Source: Octopus bimaculoides
Lineage: Eukaryota
Reading direction: 5' to 3'
Assembly: GCF_001194135.2 (NCBI RefSeq)
Contig: NC_068998.1
Span: 27,119,668-27,183,667, forward strand
Length of the DNA: 64,000 nt
The position numbers and the translations under genes are program-made. Below, piece after piece: positions 10,996 through 24,510 of the stretch; position 1 is the stretch's first letter, and every line of letters begins with the position of its first letter. Under the pieces are notes generated by a model. It saw only the letters and a list, made by a program, of their open reading frames with translations. It had not been told where the DNA came from and did not search any database.

Positions 10996-11300
10996 CGAGG
11001 ACTGGTTGAAAAGTCACCAAGATACACTCATGGAATGTGACCAAATGAGATTTTATTTTTAAACATAGTTCCTCTTGCACTCCACACACTTCTTGGTGCT
11101 GCAATGCTTGAATCCCATCGAAAAAGCTTTCATCCTGTTGTTGAAAAAAAGTCATCAACAGTAGATATGATGTCATCACTGTGATTCTGATTCCCAGCCA
11201 AATGCTTTTTCATATCAGAGGAACAGGTGATAACCAGATGAAGCCAAATCTGGAGAATAGTGAGAGTGATCAACCAGTTCGAAGTCCCACTTTACACACA
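10996..11300 (-). mobile_element. Mariner transposon relic: C-terminal end of transposase plus 3' TIR
   Basis: TA (10994-10995) then CGAGGACTGGTTGAAAAGT TIR. Minus translation GFELVDHSHYSPDLASSGYHLF carries the mariner YSPDL motif, followed by FFQQQDESFFDGIQAL and a KKCVEC..NYV-like tail. Confidence 0.9.
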
Positions 11301-11649
11301 GCAACCATTGAAACCAAACTCTTGTAAAATTATCATTATTAAGCTAGAGTTTGGGATATAAATTCATATGAAATTTTTATTTAGTTATTTAGAGTGGTCT
11401 CAAGCAGGCTAGTATCACAAGAGTTATATAAATGGTTGATCATTATAATGAAACTCTTGGATCAGATAGAAGCTTAATCACTATTTCACTTGAGTGATCA
11501 AATTTTCAATCCAACCTAAGAGTGATATCAGTGTTCTGGTAAGCTGTACATGATAAAATAGGCAAATTGGTTTGGAGTGAGTAAAAATACTAAAAAAAAA
11601 AAATAATTCTGAAATCTGGATTGAAATAAAATTTTCAAGTAATTAGGTA

Positions 11650-11990
11650 TGGTTGTGTGGTAAGAAGTTTGGTTCCTAACTACATGGTTCCAGGTTCAGT
11701 CCCACTGCGTTGCATCTTGGACAAGTGTCTTCTACTATATCCTTGGGCTGACCAAAGCCTTGTAAATGGATTTAGTAGATGAAAACTGAGAGAATCCCAG
11801 AATATATATATATGTATGTAGGTCTTTGTGCATGACTTTCTCCTCCATCAGGGCTTGACAACCAATAGAATAAGTACCAGACTTTACAAAAAAATAATAA
11901 GTACAGAGGTCAACGATTTTGACTAAAATTCTTCGAGATAGTGCCCCAGCATGGCCGCAGTCTGATGACAGAAACGAGTAAAAGGTAAAA
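11650..11990 (+). mobile_element. OR/CORE-type SINE
   Basis: gtgtggtaagaag...ccaggttcagtcccactgcg...cttggacaagtgtcttctactata...gccccagcatggccgcagtc. Confidence 0.8.
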
Positions 11991-12869
11991 AACAAAAAAG
12001 ATAATTAGGGGTAGGTTATTTCAAATACTTTTTCCTCATAATCACTTGGACCTTCTTCAATTATCTCCTGCAGAAGAATTAAGCAAAAAAAAATTGTTGA
12101 ATAAGAAAAACCAAAAGTGTTGATGCCATTGAAAATTGATGACACATTTGAGACATATTGTTAGGATAGCAGGAGCAAAGAGCAAAATGGCTATAATCTC
12201 ATTTATTTTTGCAGCAAGACAAATGTTCTGAGTTCAACAGTCAGTGGAGTTAACTTTGTCTTTCATCCCTTATACTGAAGGGGCCACACAGTGGTACCTT
12301 GGACAAGTATCTTCTACTATATATAGACTTGGGCCAACCAAAGTTTCATGGATGAATTTGGTAGGCACAAACCAGAAGAAGCTCAACACGTATATACAGA
12401 CACACATACATGTATATATTATAAAGCGTTTAATATTCTTTGGCATATATTAGGGTTGCATTACGAAATATGGTGTCCCTACAAGTAATTGATATGTAAG
12501 TATAAGCTGTCAGGAATGTGTTTAATATGTAAAATTGATATATCCGATAGTTTTACATTGCTATGTTTAGTAGCTATTCAAGTAATGAGTTTATGAATGG
12601 TTAATGGGTTGGATGTGGTCCTGAAGAAGGATCAAAAACTCCTGAAATATGCATATACACCCACTACCTATTTTTCCATCTTCAATCGCATTTTTTATAT
12701 TAGATGTATTTGGGTACAAAACATCATAACAAATCAGTGCTGGATAGAATTTTTATTAAAAAAATCCATAGAAAAAAACCTTAAAAAATGATACGTATAT
12801 ATATGGGTGTTTGTGTGTAGCCTTGTTTTGACTTTACATAGTGATTGTAAATGAGCATCACCATACCAT

Positions 12870-13065
12870 CATATAAGTGATAGTGTTCATTTCTGGCCTT
12901 CCATGGAAAGACAAGTCTGGTCATGGAGAAATATTACCTTTCTTGGGAACAGGTGGTGGTTGACAAAAGGAAGGGCATCTGGCCATAAAAACCTACCTCA
13001 GCAAATTTTGTCCATCCCAGACAAACACAGAAAAGTGGACATTAAATAATGATGATGATGATGAT
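12870..13065 (+). mobile_element. Short retroposon ending in (ATG)n (RTE-tail-like SINE or LINE 3' remnant)
   Basis: aggaagggcatctggccataaaa...gtggacattaaataatgatgatgatg. The family is also seen at about 22540-22720, 26270-26460, 30370-30592, 30885-31265(-), 37500-37690, 54575-54900(-) and 61600-61800(-). Confidence 0.65.
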
Positions 13066-13094
13066 TTCAATCAGCAGCCGTAACAAACCTTTTT

Positions 13095-13295
13095 TTATGT
13101 TTCAGCCATTTGACTGCAGCCATGCTGGAGCACTGCCTTTAGTCGAAGAAATCAACCCCAGGATTTATTCCTTGTAAGCCTAATACTTATTCTATCACTG
13201 TCTTTTTGCTGAACTGCTAAGTTATGGGGGCCATAAACATACCAACATTGGTTGTCAAGCGATGGTGGGGGGACAAACACAAACACAAATTATAC

Positions 13296-13368
<73 letters not shown>

Positions 13369-13485
13369 CATACGACAGGCTTCTTTCAATTTCCACCTAC
13401 CAGATCACAAGGTCAGCCCAAGGCTATAGGAGAAGACACTTACCCAAGGTGCCATGCAGTGGGAATGAACCCGGAACCATGTGGT
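13095..13485 (-). mobile_element. OR/CORE-type SINE with internal (TA)n expansion
   Basis: gtttcagccatttgactgcagccatgctggagcac...(TA)n...gacacttacccaaggtgccatgcagtgggaatgaacccggaacc. Confidence 0.85.
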
Positions 13486-13944
13486 TCATCTTTTTCCTGT
13501 AGGGTGAACTAAACATAGCAATACATATATAAAGATATACACAAAAATATAAAACATTGAATTAAATTTACTTCTGTCAAGACATTGTAGAGAAATATAT
13601 CTAAACAAAAATTGAACTAAATTAAATTAAAAACAACAAGTCAAAAAAATTGAAATCTTTCTTTTATTATAAATATTTTGAGAATTATCAGCTACAGCAG
13701 CACCGTGTGACTGTTAGCTGTGTAATAGTCAATAGACTGAGTGCCTCAGTAAGGTAAGGCTAACTGAGTCCTGCTTTATATCTCAGCATATAGAAGTCTC
13801 TTTTGTACAGGATTGTGTTTCTGTATCAGTAAGTGTAAATTTAAGGTGACTGTATAACTGTTTGTGATTGAGTTGGGGGGAGGGGCTGGGAAATAGGTGG
13901 TCGTATGAATATATATGTTCCCATGCATATAAATTTAAAGGACA

Positions 13945-13995
<51 letters not shown>

Positions 13996-14575
13996 TATTA
14001 TAGGTATCTGTATGGGTCTATGTGTATTTTACAGATGGATTTTAAAAGGCAGTGTAAATGTTTGCATGTAGATGTATGCATGTGTGAACATGTGTGTGTG
14101 TGTGTAATAATAAGTGAGTGTTTATAACTATGAATGTGTATAAGCGTGTGAGAGTGTATATGGAGGTAAAGGTATGGGGAGAAGGCCAACTGAGATCAGG
14201 CTCTAATTTCTTAATTCTTTACCTTTGTCCAACCCGTGTGGTAAATTTTCACCTCTGATTAAAGAAAAAAATAAATAAAACTGATTTAATATGATGCAGG
14301 TTGTAATAATGACTTCATCTCATTTGATGCAGGTTGTAATAATGACCTCACCTCGTTTTATCTCCAACAAAAATAGTGTTGCACTTGCTTAAGTAACTGG
14401 TTGTTCACTCAATTTAAAAACCAATTTTTGTAAGCAACAACAAGGAGAATCTGTAACAATCTTTGTATAATGAAAGTTAGTGAGTTAGAAAGAGGGGGGA
14501 GGGAAAGAGAAAGAGAGAGAGATAATAGCCAAACTATTTTCCATCACAAAACACCAACAAATACACAATATGATA

Positions 14576-14611
<36 letters not shown>

Positions 14612-16521
14612 CAGAAAAATACAAGAAGGAGCAGGGGGGGGTTTGTTTGTTTTTTTTTTGCTTGTTTGTTTTTTGTTGTTTTTTTTTTAAAGTTTTTAAG
14701 TATAGTGAAGCTGATTTCCCCTCTCATGGAGAGAAGTGTCAGATATAAGCGGAAATAAAACTAAACAATGTACATACAGTGTCAATTTTCAAATCTGAAA
14801 GAACAAAGTAAAATATATTGTTTCCAAGGTGATTCTGATAGAGAAAAATTCGGTAGTGTCTCTACTATTAAAGGATTATGGGTTTGGGGAATGGCCAGGA
14901 ATACAGATGTCACAATGGTTAATGGTGGAAGATGGAGTGACAAAAAAAAAAAAAAAAAGGAAAATGAACAATGCAACATTAAGGTTTAATACCATTCACA
15001 ATGTCATTTTGGGTAAATCCATGTTTAAGAAACCTCACAGACTATTCAGGAGTATATGTTTAAAATGTTCTTTTGTATTAAACAGATTACTGAATTAAAT
15101 ACAATGAATCTGCAAACAAATTTTCTTCATAATAGTGCTAGCCTAAGAGTGCATAAATTAGAGAAGAGAAAGAGAGACTTGCTCTGTATTTATTTGATAT
15201 TATATGATGTGGCAGAAAAGCATAACAACTGTTTAAAAGTTGAAAAAAGAGAATAAGCTCTCTAAATTTAAGTCTCTATATCCTATTTATTGTGGATGTA
15301 TTGTAAGAATGTTGTAATACTGTGGTATCTGTCCTGAGAAAGCATCTCACAGACATTTAATGCTTAGAAAAGAGAAATAACAGCAGCAGACAAGAAATTG
15401 TCTCATTTTTCAGAATTATTTTTCGTATCGGCAATAAATAGCAAAAACAATATTAGTCCAAATCAAGAAGATCAAACCAGTCTAACAATGGGATTGACAA
15501 ACACTATTTCTTAGTGTCAACTTAATATCACTCCCTACAGAAAAAAAGGAGTTGAAAACCAGCAACCCCTTCAGTTTGTTCTCATACAAACTATTCAACA
15601 GAATGAGTGAATCTCTTGTTTTTGTGTCTGTCATTTCCTGTATAAGAAACTACTGGAAACTGGAGGACTTCCTTGATGGCAATTCTAAAATATTTTGGTA
15701 AAACAGATACAATACAAGATGCTATACTGAATTATAGCATTATAACAACTCAATCATAGCAAAGTTTGAAGTTCTAATCTCGCAAACACAATATCATAAG
15801 ACTTTAACTACTCAACTACAATGCATTCATCAAAGGTGCCACTACATGGTTGCTTGACCTGCTAGAAATAGCAGCCAAATTCCCTTAAATCCCACACCAT
15901 CATCTTAAATAAGCTGACAGCTATGACTACACCGAATGATGCAGCATTGGATGGATGTACAATGCTTGAATAAAAGGAATGGTTATGGCTGAAACACTTT
16001 TGATCATAAGTCTACTTAATCAGGGCTGACCTAGGGCTAAACAACAAAGACTATTTATATTATAACATGTGAAATAAAAGTGCTATATCAATATCTAACA
16101 ACATGGAAGACTTTTAAAATATCTTTGCATGCAGTCCTTGAGTCACATATTTCCACAAAACTGACTTCAGCAAAAGGATTTCAGGGGATTTATGAATAAC
16201 ATCAGGGAAACAAGAGAAGACCAGGAAAATCAAAAGGATCAGAAAACATTTTTGCTAAAGGGAACAGCTATTTTTCCAAGAAATACAAAGCACATCTATC
16301 AAAAGTTACTCAGACTGAGGACAGATCTAAGTCATGTAATTTTTCTAGCAATATATTTTTACAAAATATGTAGTTATACAAGATTAACTGTGAATAACAA
16401 TATGCATCTTAATTGACCATAAACTTAGCTTGTAATATATTTTCAAAGTTTCTAGTTAGTGTTCTCTTAGAATTAAGCCCCAAAGAGAGAGAATTAAAGT
16501 AAGGATTAAAGAAACTTTACT

Positions 16522-16741
16522 CCCTTTTGATACCAAGCCACCCAAGACTGCCCTTGGTTCTATGATACAAACTCCCAGCTTCAAAATGATCTCAACTGAA
16601 AACTTCAATCAAAATCTTATTTTAATTTGTGCTCGTAACACCAACTTAAAAATGACAAAGCTAGTTTACTAAATTCATTATAATGTTCAAAATTACTTGA
16701 AATGAAGGCAGTGTTTCAATAGAAATTCGATAACAAAAGGG
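16522..16741. mobile_element. piggyBac-like MITE (related copy about 27537-27762 in opposite orientation)
   Basis: Begins CCCTTTTGATACC and ends GATAACAAAAGGG|TTAA; the left TTAA is degenerate. Confidence 0.6.
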
Positions 16742-16791
16742 TTAAAGATGAAAACCTTGTGATATTTCATAAATAGAAATGTTAAATCTAA

Positions 16792-17061
16792 TACAATGAA
16801 TTTGCAAACAAACGTTAGCACGCCGGGCGAAATGCTAGAAAGGCGGCGAGCTGGCAGAAACGTTAGCACGCCGGGCGAAATGCTTAGCGGTATTTCATCT
16901 GCTACTACATTCTGAGTTCAAATTCCCCCGAGGTCGACTTTGCCTTTCGTCCTTTCGGGCTCGATAAACTAAATATCAGTTACACACTGGGGTTGATGTA
17001 ATTGACTTAATCCCTTGTTTGTCCCCTCTATGTTTATCCCCTTGTGGGCAGTAAAGAAATA
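16792..17061 (+). mobile_element. Young OK-like SINE insertion with 17-bp TSD and duplicated 5' segment
   Basis: AGAAATGTTAAATCTAA at 16775-16791 and 17062-17078. The SINE body starts at 16841 (aggcggcgagctggcagaaacgttagcacgccgggcg) and keeps its CpGs. The 27-bp segment 16810-16836 is identical to 16858-16884. Confidence 0.9.
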
Positions 17062-17400
17062 AGAAATGTTAAATCTAAGATTTATAGAATCCGGAAGATT
17101 AGAAGCATGGTTAAATTTCAAACTATGTTTAATTTTTAAACATAGCAACTTTTACTAAATAAACTACTGATTTATTCCAGTCTAGAGTATGTAGAAGTAT
17201 TTCTTTTAAAAGAGAGAAATGGGATAGTGAGTTTCTGAGCTGCCTCCCTCATTCATTGGGAAGAAACATGAAACATGAAGCTGAAGAACATAAAATGGTT
17301 AGATCACACATATATTTGTATACACACACACACAGCATAGGAAATCCCCAAACCTGCAATATGGAATCATTGGTTACACACGTGCACATGCCTGCACACA

Positions 17401-17431
<31 letters not shown>

Positions 17432-19851
17432 TACACAATGGGAAATGAAAATGTGCAGATATGCAGGTATGTTTTTATTTTTTGTTTTATTTTTGGGGTT
17501 TTGTTTTTTTTTGTTTTGTTTTTTTGTTTTTTTTTTTGCGAGAGAGGGGAAGCAAATGCCTAGTTAAAATACTTTTGAAGAACACTTCAATATTCATTGG
17601 TTCCAAGCGTCCAGATATCCATCAATAACAGTTTTACATAAAGAATGTTTGGAGTTTAAACAAGAAATTCTACTCTAGCTTTAACACAAACACCAAAAAC
17701 AATAGGTAAATATCTTAATCTGCAGAAACAAAACGTAACAATCACTGGACAGTTCTATTGTTTCTTATTCTCGCATTTTAGTTTTGAAATCTCTTTTAAT
17801 AATAAAAGTTTTTATATAAAAATGTTGCACTTTTTACTTCCTGTCAACTGGTTTATAAAATATTGAACTTATTTTCCATGTTGATTTCTTTTTTATAAAT
17901 TTCTATTACATCAGATGAATTCTAAGCAAGGATGTCGTTCATTTTAGAGAATAAGTTTCTTAAGCTTTCTTTTTTTTGTTCTTTTCTTAATGGGTGAGGT
18001 GAAAGAAAGAAAAAAACAATAGCAGGGTATAATTTCTGAAAGAATGTTCCAACACTTTGTTTTCACAAAACAGCTTTAAAATATTTACTTGATAATGAGA
18101 TGAGATTTAATAAAACTAGCAAGAGGTGGGATTCAAAAATAGTTTAGTGAGCAACATCTATGAGAATTAACAAAGTATTAAACTCTTTTGCTTGAAAGAA
18201 TGCTAATGCAACTAATCTGGTTTGTATCTTACTTTTCTGGAGTTTTAAAACCATTATCAACAGAAAACCACTTTTGAAGATGACTAAATCAGCAGCAATA
18301 AAATGGTAAGAATTCGAAATTGCTAGATTACTATATTAGAAACACATTTCATATGTATGAATGGTTTAATTAATAATTGTAGGTGTATATGTGCACATAC
18401 ATGTAGCCATAAACGCCAAATACTGTTTTCAAAATTACATTATTAACTTGTATGCAGATTGCAGTGTTGAATAATCCGGTAAGGTAAGTACAACTGCATA
18501 CATAACAAATACTCTACTGGTTCCAACAATGAGTATTCTAGTCATTCAATCAACTGAACTACCAGTTCAATGTACCATTGTGATTCAGATTCCACAGAAA
18601 CTAATATCCTTAACATAATCTTCAAGCAGAATCATTATGATAGTATGGATTAAGGATGGCACGTTCAATTACATGTACAGTATAAACCATCTGACGGGCT
18701 TCCATAGTTTCCATACACTAAATTTCATTCACAAAGGTTTAGATTGATCCAAGGCTCACCCAAGATGTCAAACAGCAGGATCAAATCTGAAACCTCATTA
18801 CTGCAAAGTAAAATTTTTAACTAATTGACCATACCTCTATCTACACGCACGCACATGCACAAACACACACACAATATCAAAACCTACATATCTGTCTGAA
18901 AAATTCGTTTTTTATTTCTAATAAATAGTTAGTAGGGAAAAAGCTGCATGTTGGTAAATGCCTAAATGCTCAAAAAAGTTGAGATTTCCAGGCAATGGAA
19001 GTGACCAGCTAATAAACACTTTACTAATACAATCTGTAGGCATTTCAGTAAAAATAAGCAAAACTTTTCTTAAGTTCCACAAGTAGCTCAAAACAATTAC
19101 TGTTATCTAAATTCCCATGATAGATCTTTGATTCTGTTTGAAACCAGATCCTTCATTATAGAAAAAATTCAAGCAGTTAACAAAGAAAGATAACATGTAT
19201 ACATAAGTACATACAAACATACATCCAGTCATTTTGGAAGTTTACTAGCATAACATTAAACATGATAAGAACATGGGGACTGTTCTCTGCAATACATGTG
19301 CTACATCTTCAACTGTAAAGAACAGTGCAATAATTCCAGAGGAAAAACTGTGACCACTAACTTTTGCTCTCTAAGTTGATAGCATGAACAGAAATAACAA
19401 TTAATGCTTGTAACTTCTAAAAAGTTTTTGGTTATCAAGTAATATTTTCCTTTCCTTGCAATATCTTCTTTTGTGAGACCCTTCCACTACATACACTGTT
19501 GCTTTATAGTCTAAACTGAATGACTTTTTGCTTTAACACTAAAGCCATGCAATTGTAAAGCTGATTTAATTTGTAGCGTACAAAACAACAGACGAGGGAC
19601 ATATGTGTACATACATGCTGTTTCACAGGGGGAAAATATATAACACCTTTTATGTGGAGGCTTTAAAATCAATTGCAGTTCCATACATACTAAGAATATA
19701 CAAACAGACAGAATCCTAAAAGAAAAAGATTTTGTCATAAATTCTCTTACCTCACTCTGCATGTATGCTTATGTGTGTGAGTGTGCATATATACTATATA
19801 TCTCAATATAAGCTGTGTAATATATACAGGTACACTAACATATATACATAC

Positions 19852-19909
<58 letters not shown>

Positions 19910-20795
19910 ATGCACGCACACACACACATGCGCATGCATGCACACACACACACATTAGCTTTGATAAATCTTATTTTTGATACATAACAGTTAAAATTCT
20001 GGCAGTTATAATCATTATCGTGATTCCATTAACCATTTTTTTTGGTGTGTGTGTGTGTGTGGCATAACTGTTTTCCTTGTTGTTGCTTTCATTGTTCCAA
20101 TCCAGAAAAGCTTAGATCAACCTTTCTTGTTGTAATCACTATTGTTTTCACTGGTATATTGTGTCACACCTGGTTGTGAAGAACATATGCTTCATCACGG
20201 ATATAACATACACAAAGTTGGCACATTCAAATGATCAGCATCCAAGAGAAGTTGGAAGGGAACTGAGTAACAGAGAGACAAAACAAGAAGAGCTGGATGC
20301 ATCAAACAAGAGGATAACCAGAGAAAGGAAGACAGAGACAAACACATAGTGAAAATTGAAGAGGAGTCGATTTAGAAGATACTGAGCAAGGAAGACCAAG
20401 CATAAGGGACAAAGGGGAAAAAAAACTAAAACGCTATAAAAAAAAAAATTATTAAAAAAAAAGTTTCTGCTAGCCAATTGGTTAAATTTGAAGGTTTGAA
20501 CCAACCAATTTACTTCCCTGCTTTTGAAACTCTTTAAACTAGACAAAGTTAGACTTCCACAAATGACAGTGACCTCCACCATCCCCTGCCACCTGCACCA
20601 TCCAATGTTTGGTCACATCATTCTTATTTTTCAGGAGAAGCTATCTCAAAACAACACAATTCAACATGAAGCTCTAGAAGTCAAACGGCTTATGAAAAAG
20701 AAGTTAAAATCGAATAAGGTTTTTAGACAGTCCAAAAAGACTGTAAGGTAACCTAAATACATATAACTAAACATTTATGCATGTACATGCATGTT

Positions 20796-20827
<32 letters not shown>

Positions 20828-20976
20828 GCATGTATGTGTGTGTATTACACATATACATACATATATAAATATACACATACACACATATACATATATTTAT
20901 ACACACACACACACACATGTATGACCAAGTGCGTTTCATACATATACATGCAAATATTCACACATACAATCATGTG

Positions 20977-21018
<42 letters not shown>

Positions 21019-21267
21019 CACTCATAAACATGTAAGTCAGCTACACAGATTCTTTACTATGCTTTTCAAAATGAAAGGTTTTTTTTTTCTTTTTGTTGTT
21101 GTTGAGAGAGGTGGAATAGTTGACCAAGAGTTGTAGATCATTGAAGAAATTGAAGAATGAGAGGTAGCAACAACAACAACAACAACAACAACGACACTGT
21201 AACCATATTCTGACCACTGTTATCACATACATAGATTTTACGGGTGGGGAAATTAGAAGAGGTGGGA

Positions 21268-21316
<49 letters not shown>

Positions 21317-21736
21317 AAGAGAGAGAGAGAAAGAGAGAGAGGGGGAGGGAGGGGGAGGGAGACAATTTTGCCAATTGCCACACTATTTTGTTGGCGAGGT
21401 TAACTACTTCATGTTATTCCACCATCCAAGTAGTGCAGTCTGTTGTGTTGATGGTAGTAAGGAAATATTAGCATGGTTGAAGCAACAGAAAGGAGACAGA
21501 ACAAGAGTCGAAGAACTGCTCCGGTAACACAGACGTCATAGCTATCCAAGGGATATGTACAAGAAATACACAGGACGTTATCTTTCTCCATTTCAGTCAT
21601 CGACAGATGTCAGTAAACATCCTCATCAAGCAGAAATGTACAACACTTTGTTGATTTGTTCTATGTATACCAATGGCGACAGCAGAAATGATAACAGATC
21701 CATATGTAGATATACACAGATACATATATGCACATA

Positions 21737-21854
<118 letters not shown>

Positions 21855-22040
21855 TAAATATATATACACATAAATATATATATATATGTGTATATATGTG
21901 TGTGTGCGTGTGTACACAGACACACGCACATGTATGTATGTATGTATATAGTGCACGCATTGTGTGCACATGTGAATTTTATATGTCTATTAGTCTCTGC
22001 ATGTATGTAGAAAGAAAAGAGCAGAAGAGGGTACAACCCT

Positions 22041-22085
22041 TCACAAGTCAACCCTCTGTCGATAATGTAACATTAATGGTGTGTC
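22041..22085 (-). CDS. PCGF3: PCGF3 coding exon 7 (last): [14 protein letters not shown]
   Basis: Long pyrimidine tract plus TTTCAG acceptor, phase 0, TGA at 22043-22041. Matches the PCGF3 C-terminus (APLLLHYRPKMDL in human). Confidence 0.92.
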   Translation of the reverse strand, partial: DTPLMLHYRQRVDL

Positions 22086-23102
22086 CTGAAAGGAAAAGAA
22101 AGAAAAAGAAAAACAAGCATTATTATGTAATTAAAACAGGGGAGTACACAATAGTCAAATATATGAATATTAATAAGGATTTAAATATTTTGAATAATCA
22201 TTTCTCTTCCATCACCCCCCCCCCTCTATCATCATCTCTATTCTGCTCCCTGCCACACACAAAACATCCCCTACCCTCCTACTTACTCCTGGCACCTCTT
22301 CCCCACTCATTCCTTGAAGGTCCGCTCTGACAACTTATCACCAATTTCCAGTTCCATCCTCACTTCCACCCCAACCCTTTCTTCTAAAATAGGAGTAGTC
22401 ATGTAACAAGAAACCTGCTAGGCTCCAACCCTTTTCTCTTATACTTTACCCATTTCTACTCTTTACTCCCCTAGCATAAAGTTCCCCAAACTCCATTTTA
22501 TGCTCATAGTCTTGCAGGCTACAGAGCAACAACACTGATGCTGGTGGCACAAAAAAAAAAGCACTCAGTATACACTGTAAAGTGGTTGGCATCAGGAAGG
22601 GTAACTAGCTGCAAAAATCATGCCAAATAGACACCAAAGCATGATACAGTCCCTGAACGCATCAGATCCAGTCAAACTATTCAATCCATGCCAGCATAGA
22701 ACATGGACATGTGATAGCCTGGCTCTCTGTCAGTTTTAAAGGATCCAGTCGATCAATCAAAAGAACAGCCTGCTTGTGAAATTAATATGCAAGTGTTGAG
22801 CATTCCATAGACATGTGCACCTTTAACGTAATTCTCAGAGAAATTCAGCATAACATGGAGTGTGACAAGGCTGGTTTTGTATACTACAGGTACAAGTCAT
22901 TTTTGCCAGGTGAATGAACTGGAGCAATGATAAATAAAGTGTCTTTCTCAAGGTCACAATGCACTGCTAGGAATTAAACTCATGGCCTTACAATCATGAA
23001 CCAAATATCGTGGTCACTAACATGGGAGAAATTTATAAAACATTTAAGCAGAACGTCCTCAATTGTTAATCAGGTAAAATTACAGGAAACATGTCAACTT
23101 AC

Positions 23103-23183
23103 TTTGGCTTGCCAACTTGTGACTGAAATAAATTTCAGCGTATGATCTTTTCCTAGGATGGCATCATTACAGAGAATATCAAT
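23103..23183 (-). CDS. PCGF3: PCGF3 coding exon 6: IDILCNDAILGKDHTLKFISVTSWQAK (RAWUL)
   Basis: TTTATAG acceptor, GTAAGT donor, 81 nt in phase 0-0; carries the conserved ILGKDHTLKF motif. Confidence 0.96.
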
Positions 23184-23311
23184 CTATAAATTAAAAGAAA
23201 CAATGAAAAACACAGATTAATTTGTAAAATATCAACCATCTTCCACTTTAATATAAAGAGATATTGGGGGTTACCCAGACAGGAAGGTAAGGATTGGGAA
23301 ATATCAATGTG

Positions 23312-24510
23312 CTGTGGTGGTCAAAAGCAACAGGTGAAGTCCAAAGGGATCTTGTGATTCAGGAAGTTAGGAGTGAAGAGGAATGAAACATGTATGTGAA
23401 AGCTATCCAACAATCTTAGTAGGGGTAATGGACGACCTGGGATGCTACAATGCAGAAATCTCTCACATGGAATGACGTATGGCACATGGCACCACTTAGA
23501 TTGAGTTTCATAATAAGAATAACTTATGACTTGCTTCCATCAAATACCAACCTTGTAAAGTGGGGCATGGAAGACATGTCAATATGTCCCCTGTGCAAGG
23601 GCAAACCCCAGTCAATAGACCATGTCCTGAATTCCTGCAAGACTGCTCTCACTGATGGCAAGTACACATAGAGACACAACAGAGTGCTAGGAGAACTGAC
23701 CACTTCAATCTGGCACCAAATGCAGTGGGACACAACCAAATCAAAAGTGGCCTTCATAACCAAAGAAAGAAAGAAAAGGGTTGGAGCGAAGAAGATAAGT
23801 AGATATGAATTTGTAGCAGGAGAGAACCTACTTGGACATGAGGATTCTTGGAAAATATCTGCAGACATTGGTGAGAAGTGCAAGAACTACCCAGAGTTTA
23901 TCACCAAGAATGGCTTACAACCAGACATTGTCTTAAGGTCTGAATAGGGTGCCAAAGTGATTCTTATTGAATTATCAGTACCATACGAGAACCACATAGA
24001 AGAGTAACACATCTTTAAGATGAGAAAATATGGTGAAGTGGCAAAGCAGCTAGGGAGTGTGGGCTACCACTGTACTGTGAAGCCAGTTGAAGCTGGATCG
24101 CAAGGATTCATGGCTACATCAACCTATCAGCTACTCAGGCAGTTAGGTATCAAAGGCCACAGAAGAACTTCCACAATTGAATGCTTGTCTGATGTTGCTG
24201 AAAAGAGCTCATTGTGGATATGAGCAAAGAGGAATGACCAATGGACCTAGTTAAGGATTTCATTGGTTATTTACTGGAATAGAAGCAAGAAGAGAGTTGG
24301 TTCCTTTGTCAGTCAGCCTGGTGGGCTGAAACACAGACCTGGGAACAAAAGAACAACACAGGTTCAAATCCTGGAGACAGGATTTTGGAAAACAGCAGGA
24401 GGACACCAAGGAGTCATGACCCGGGTGGGCCTGGCTTCCATAGAGTGTCGGATATAAGGGTCAAAACACTTGTTGAATGGGAGTTCTTCCTCTGAAGATC
24501 TCTCCTGTTG
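23312..24510 (+). mobile_element. HERO-like RLE non-LTR retrotransposon, 3' fragment (CCHC knuckle plus restriction-like endonuclease), in PCGF3 intron 5, antisense to host
   Basis: One reading frame from 23312 to about 24250 with stops: WWSKA..QRDLVIQEV, LTWNDVWHMAPLRLSF, CPLC..QSIDHVLNSC, RHNRVL, QPDIVL..VILIELSVPYE, KYGEV, VEAGSQGF. The clade is assigned from recalled motifs; the 3'UTR boundary is approximate. Confidence 0.85.

Noticed and set aside
2400-11300. Two mariner halves flanking FRG1 as a composite transposon or one split element that carried the gene
   Set aside because: The TIRs face outward (3213 closes an element lying to its left, 10996 opens one to its right), the N/C order is wrong for one minus-strand element, and the TIR sequences differ.
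13811-13828. Plus-strand 18-nt microexon-like segment (TTTTGTACAG|GATTGTGTTTCTGTATCA|GTAAGT)
   Set aside because: The splice sites are good, but no plus-strand gene can be assembled in the window and such matches occur by chance in 64 kb. Worth a junction-read check only.
16841-16935. tRNA gene calls at SINE heads
   Set aside because: A/B boxes are present, but there is no cloverleaf and the heads continue into SINE bodies. No true tRNA, rRNA or CRISPR array was found in the window.
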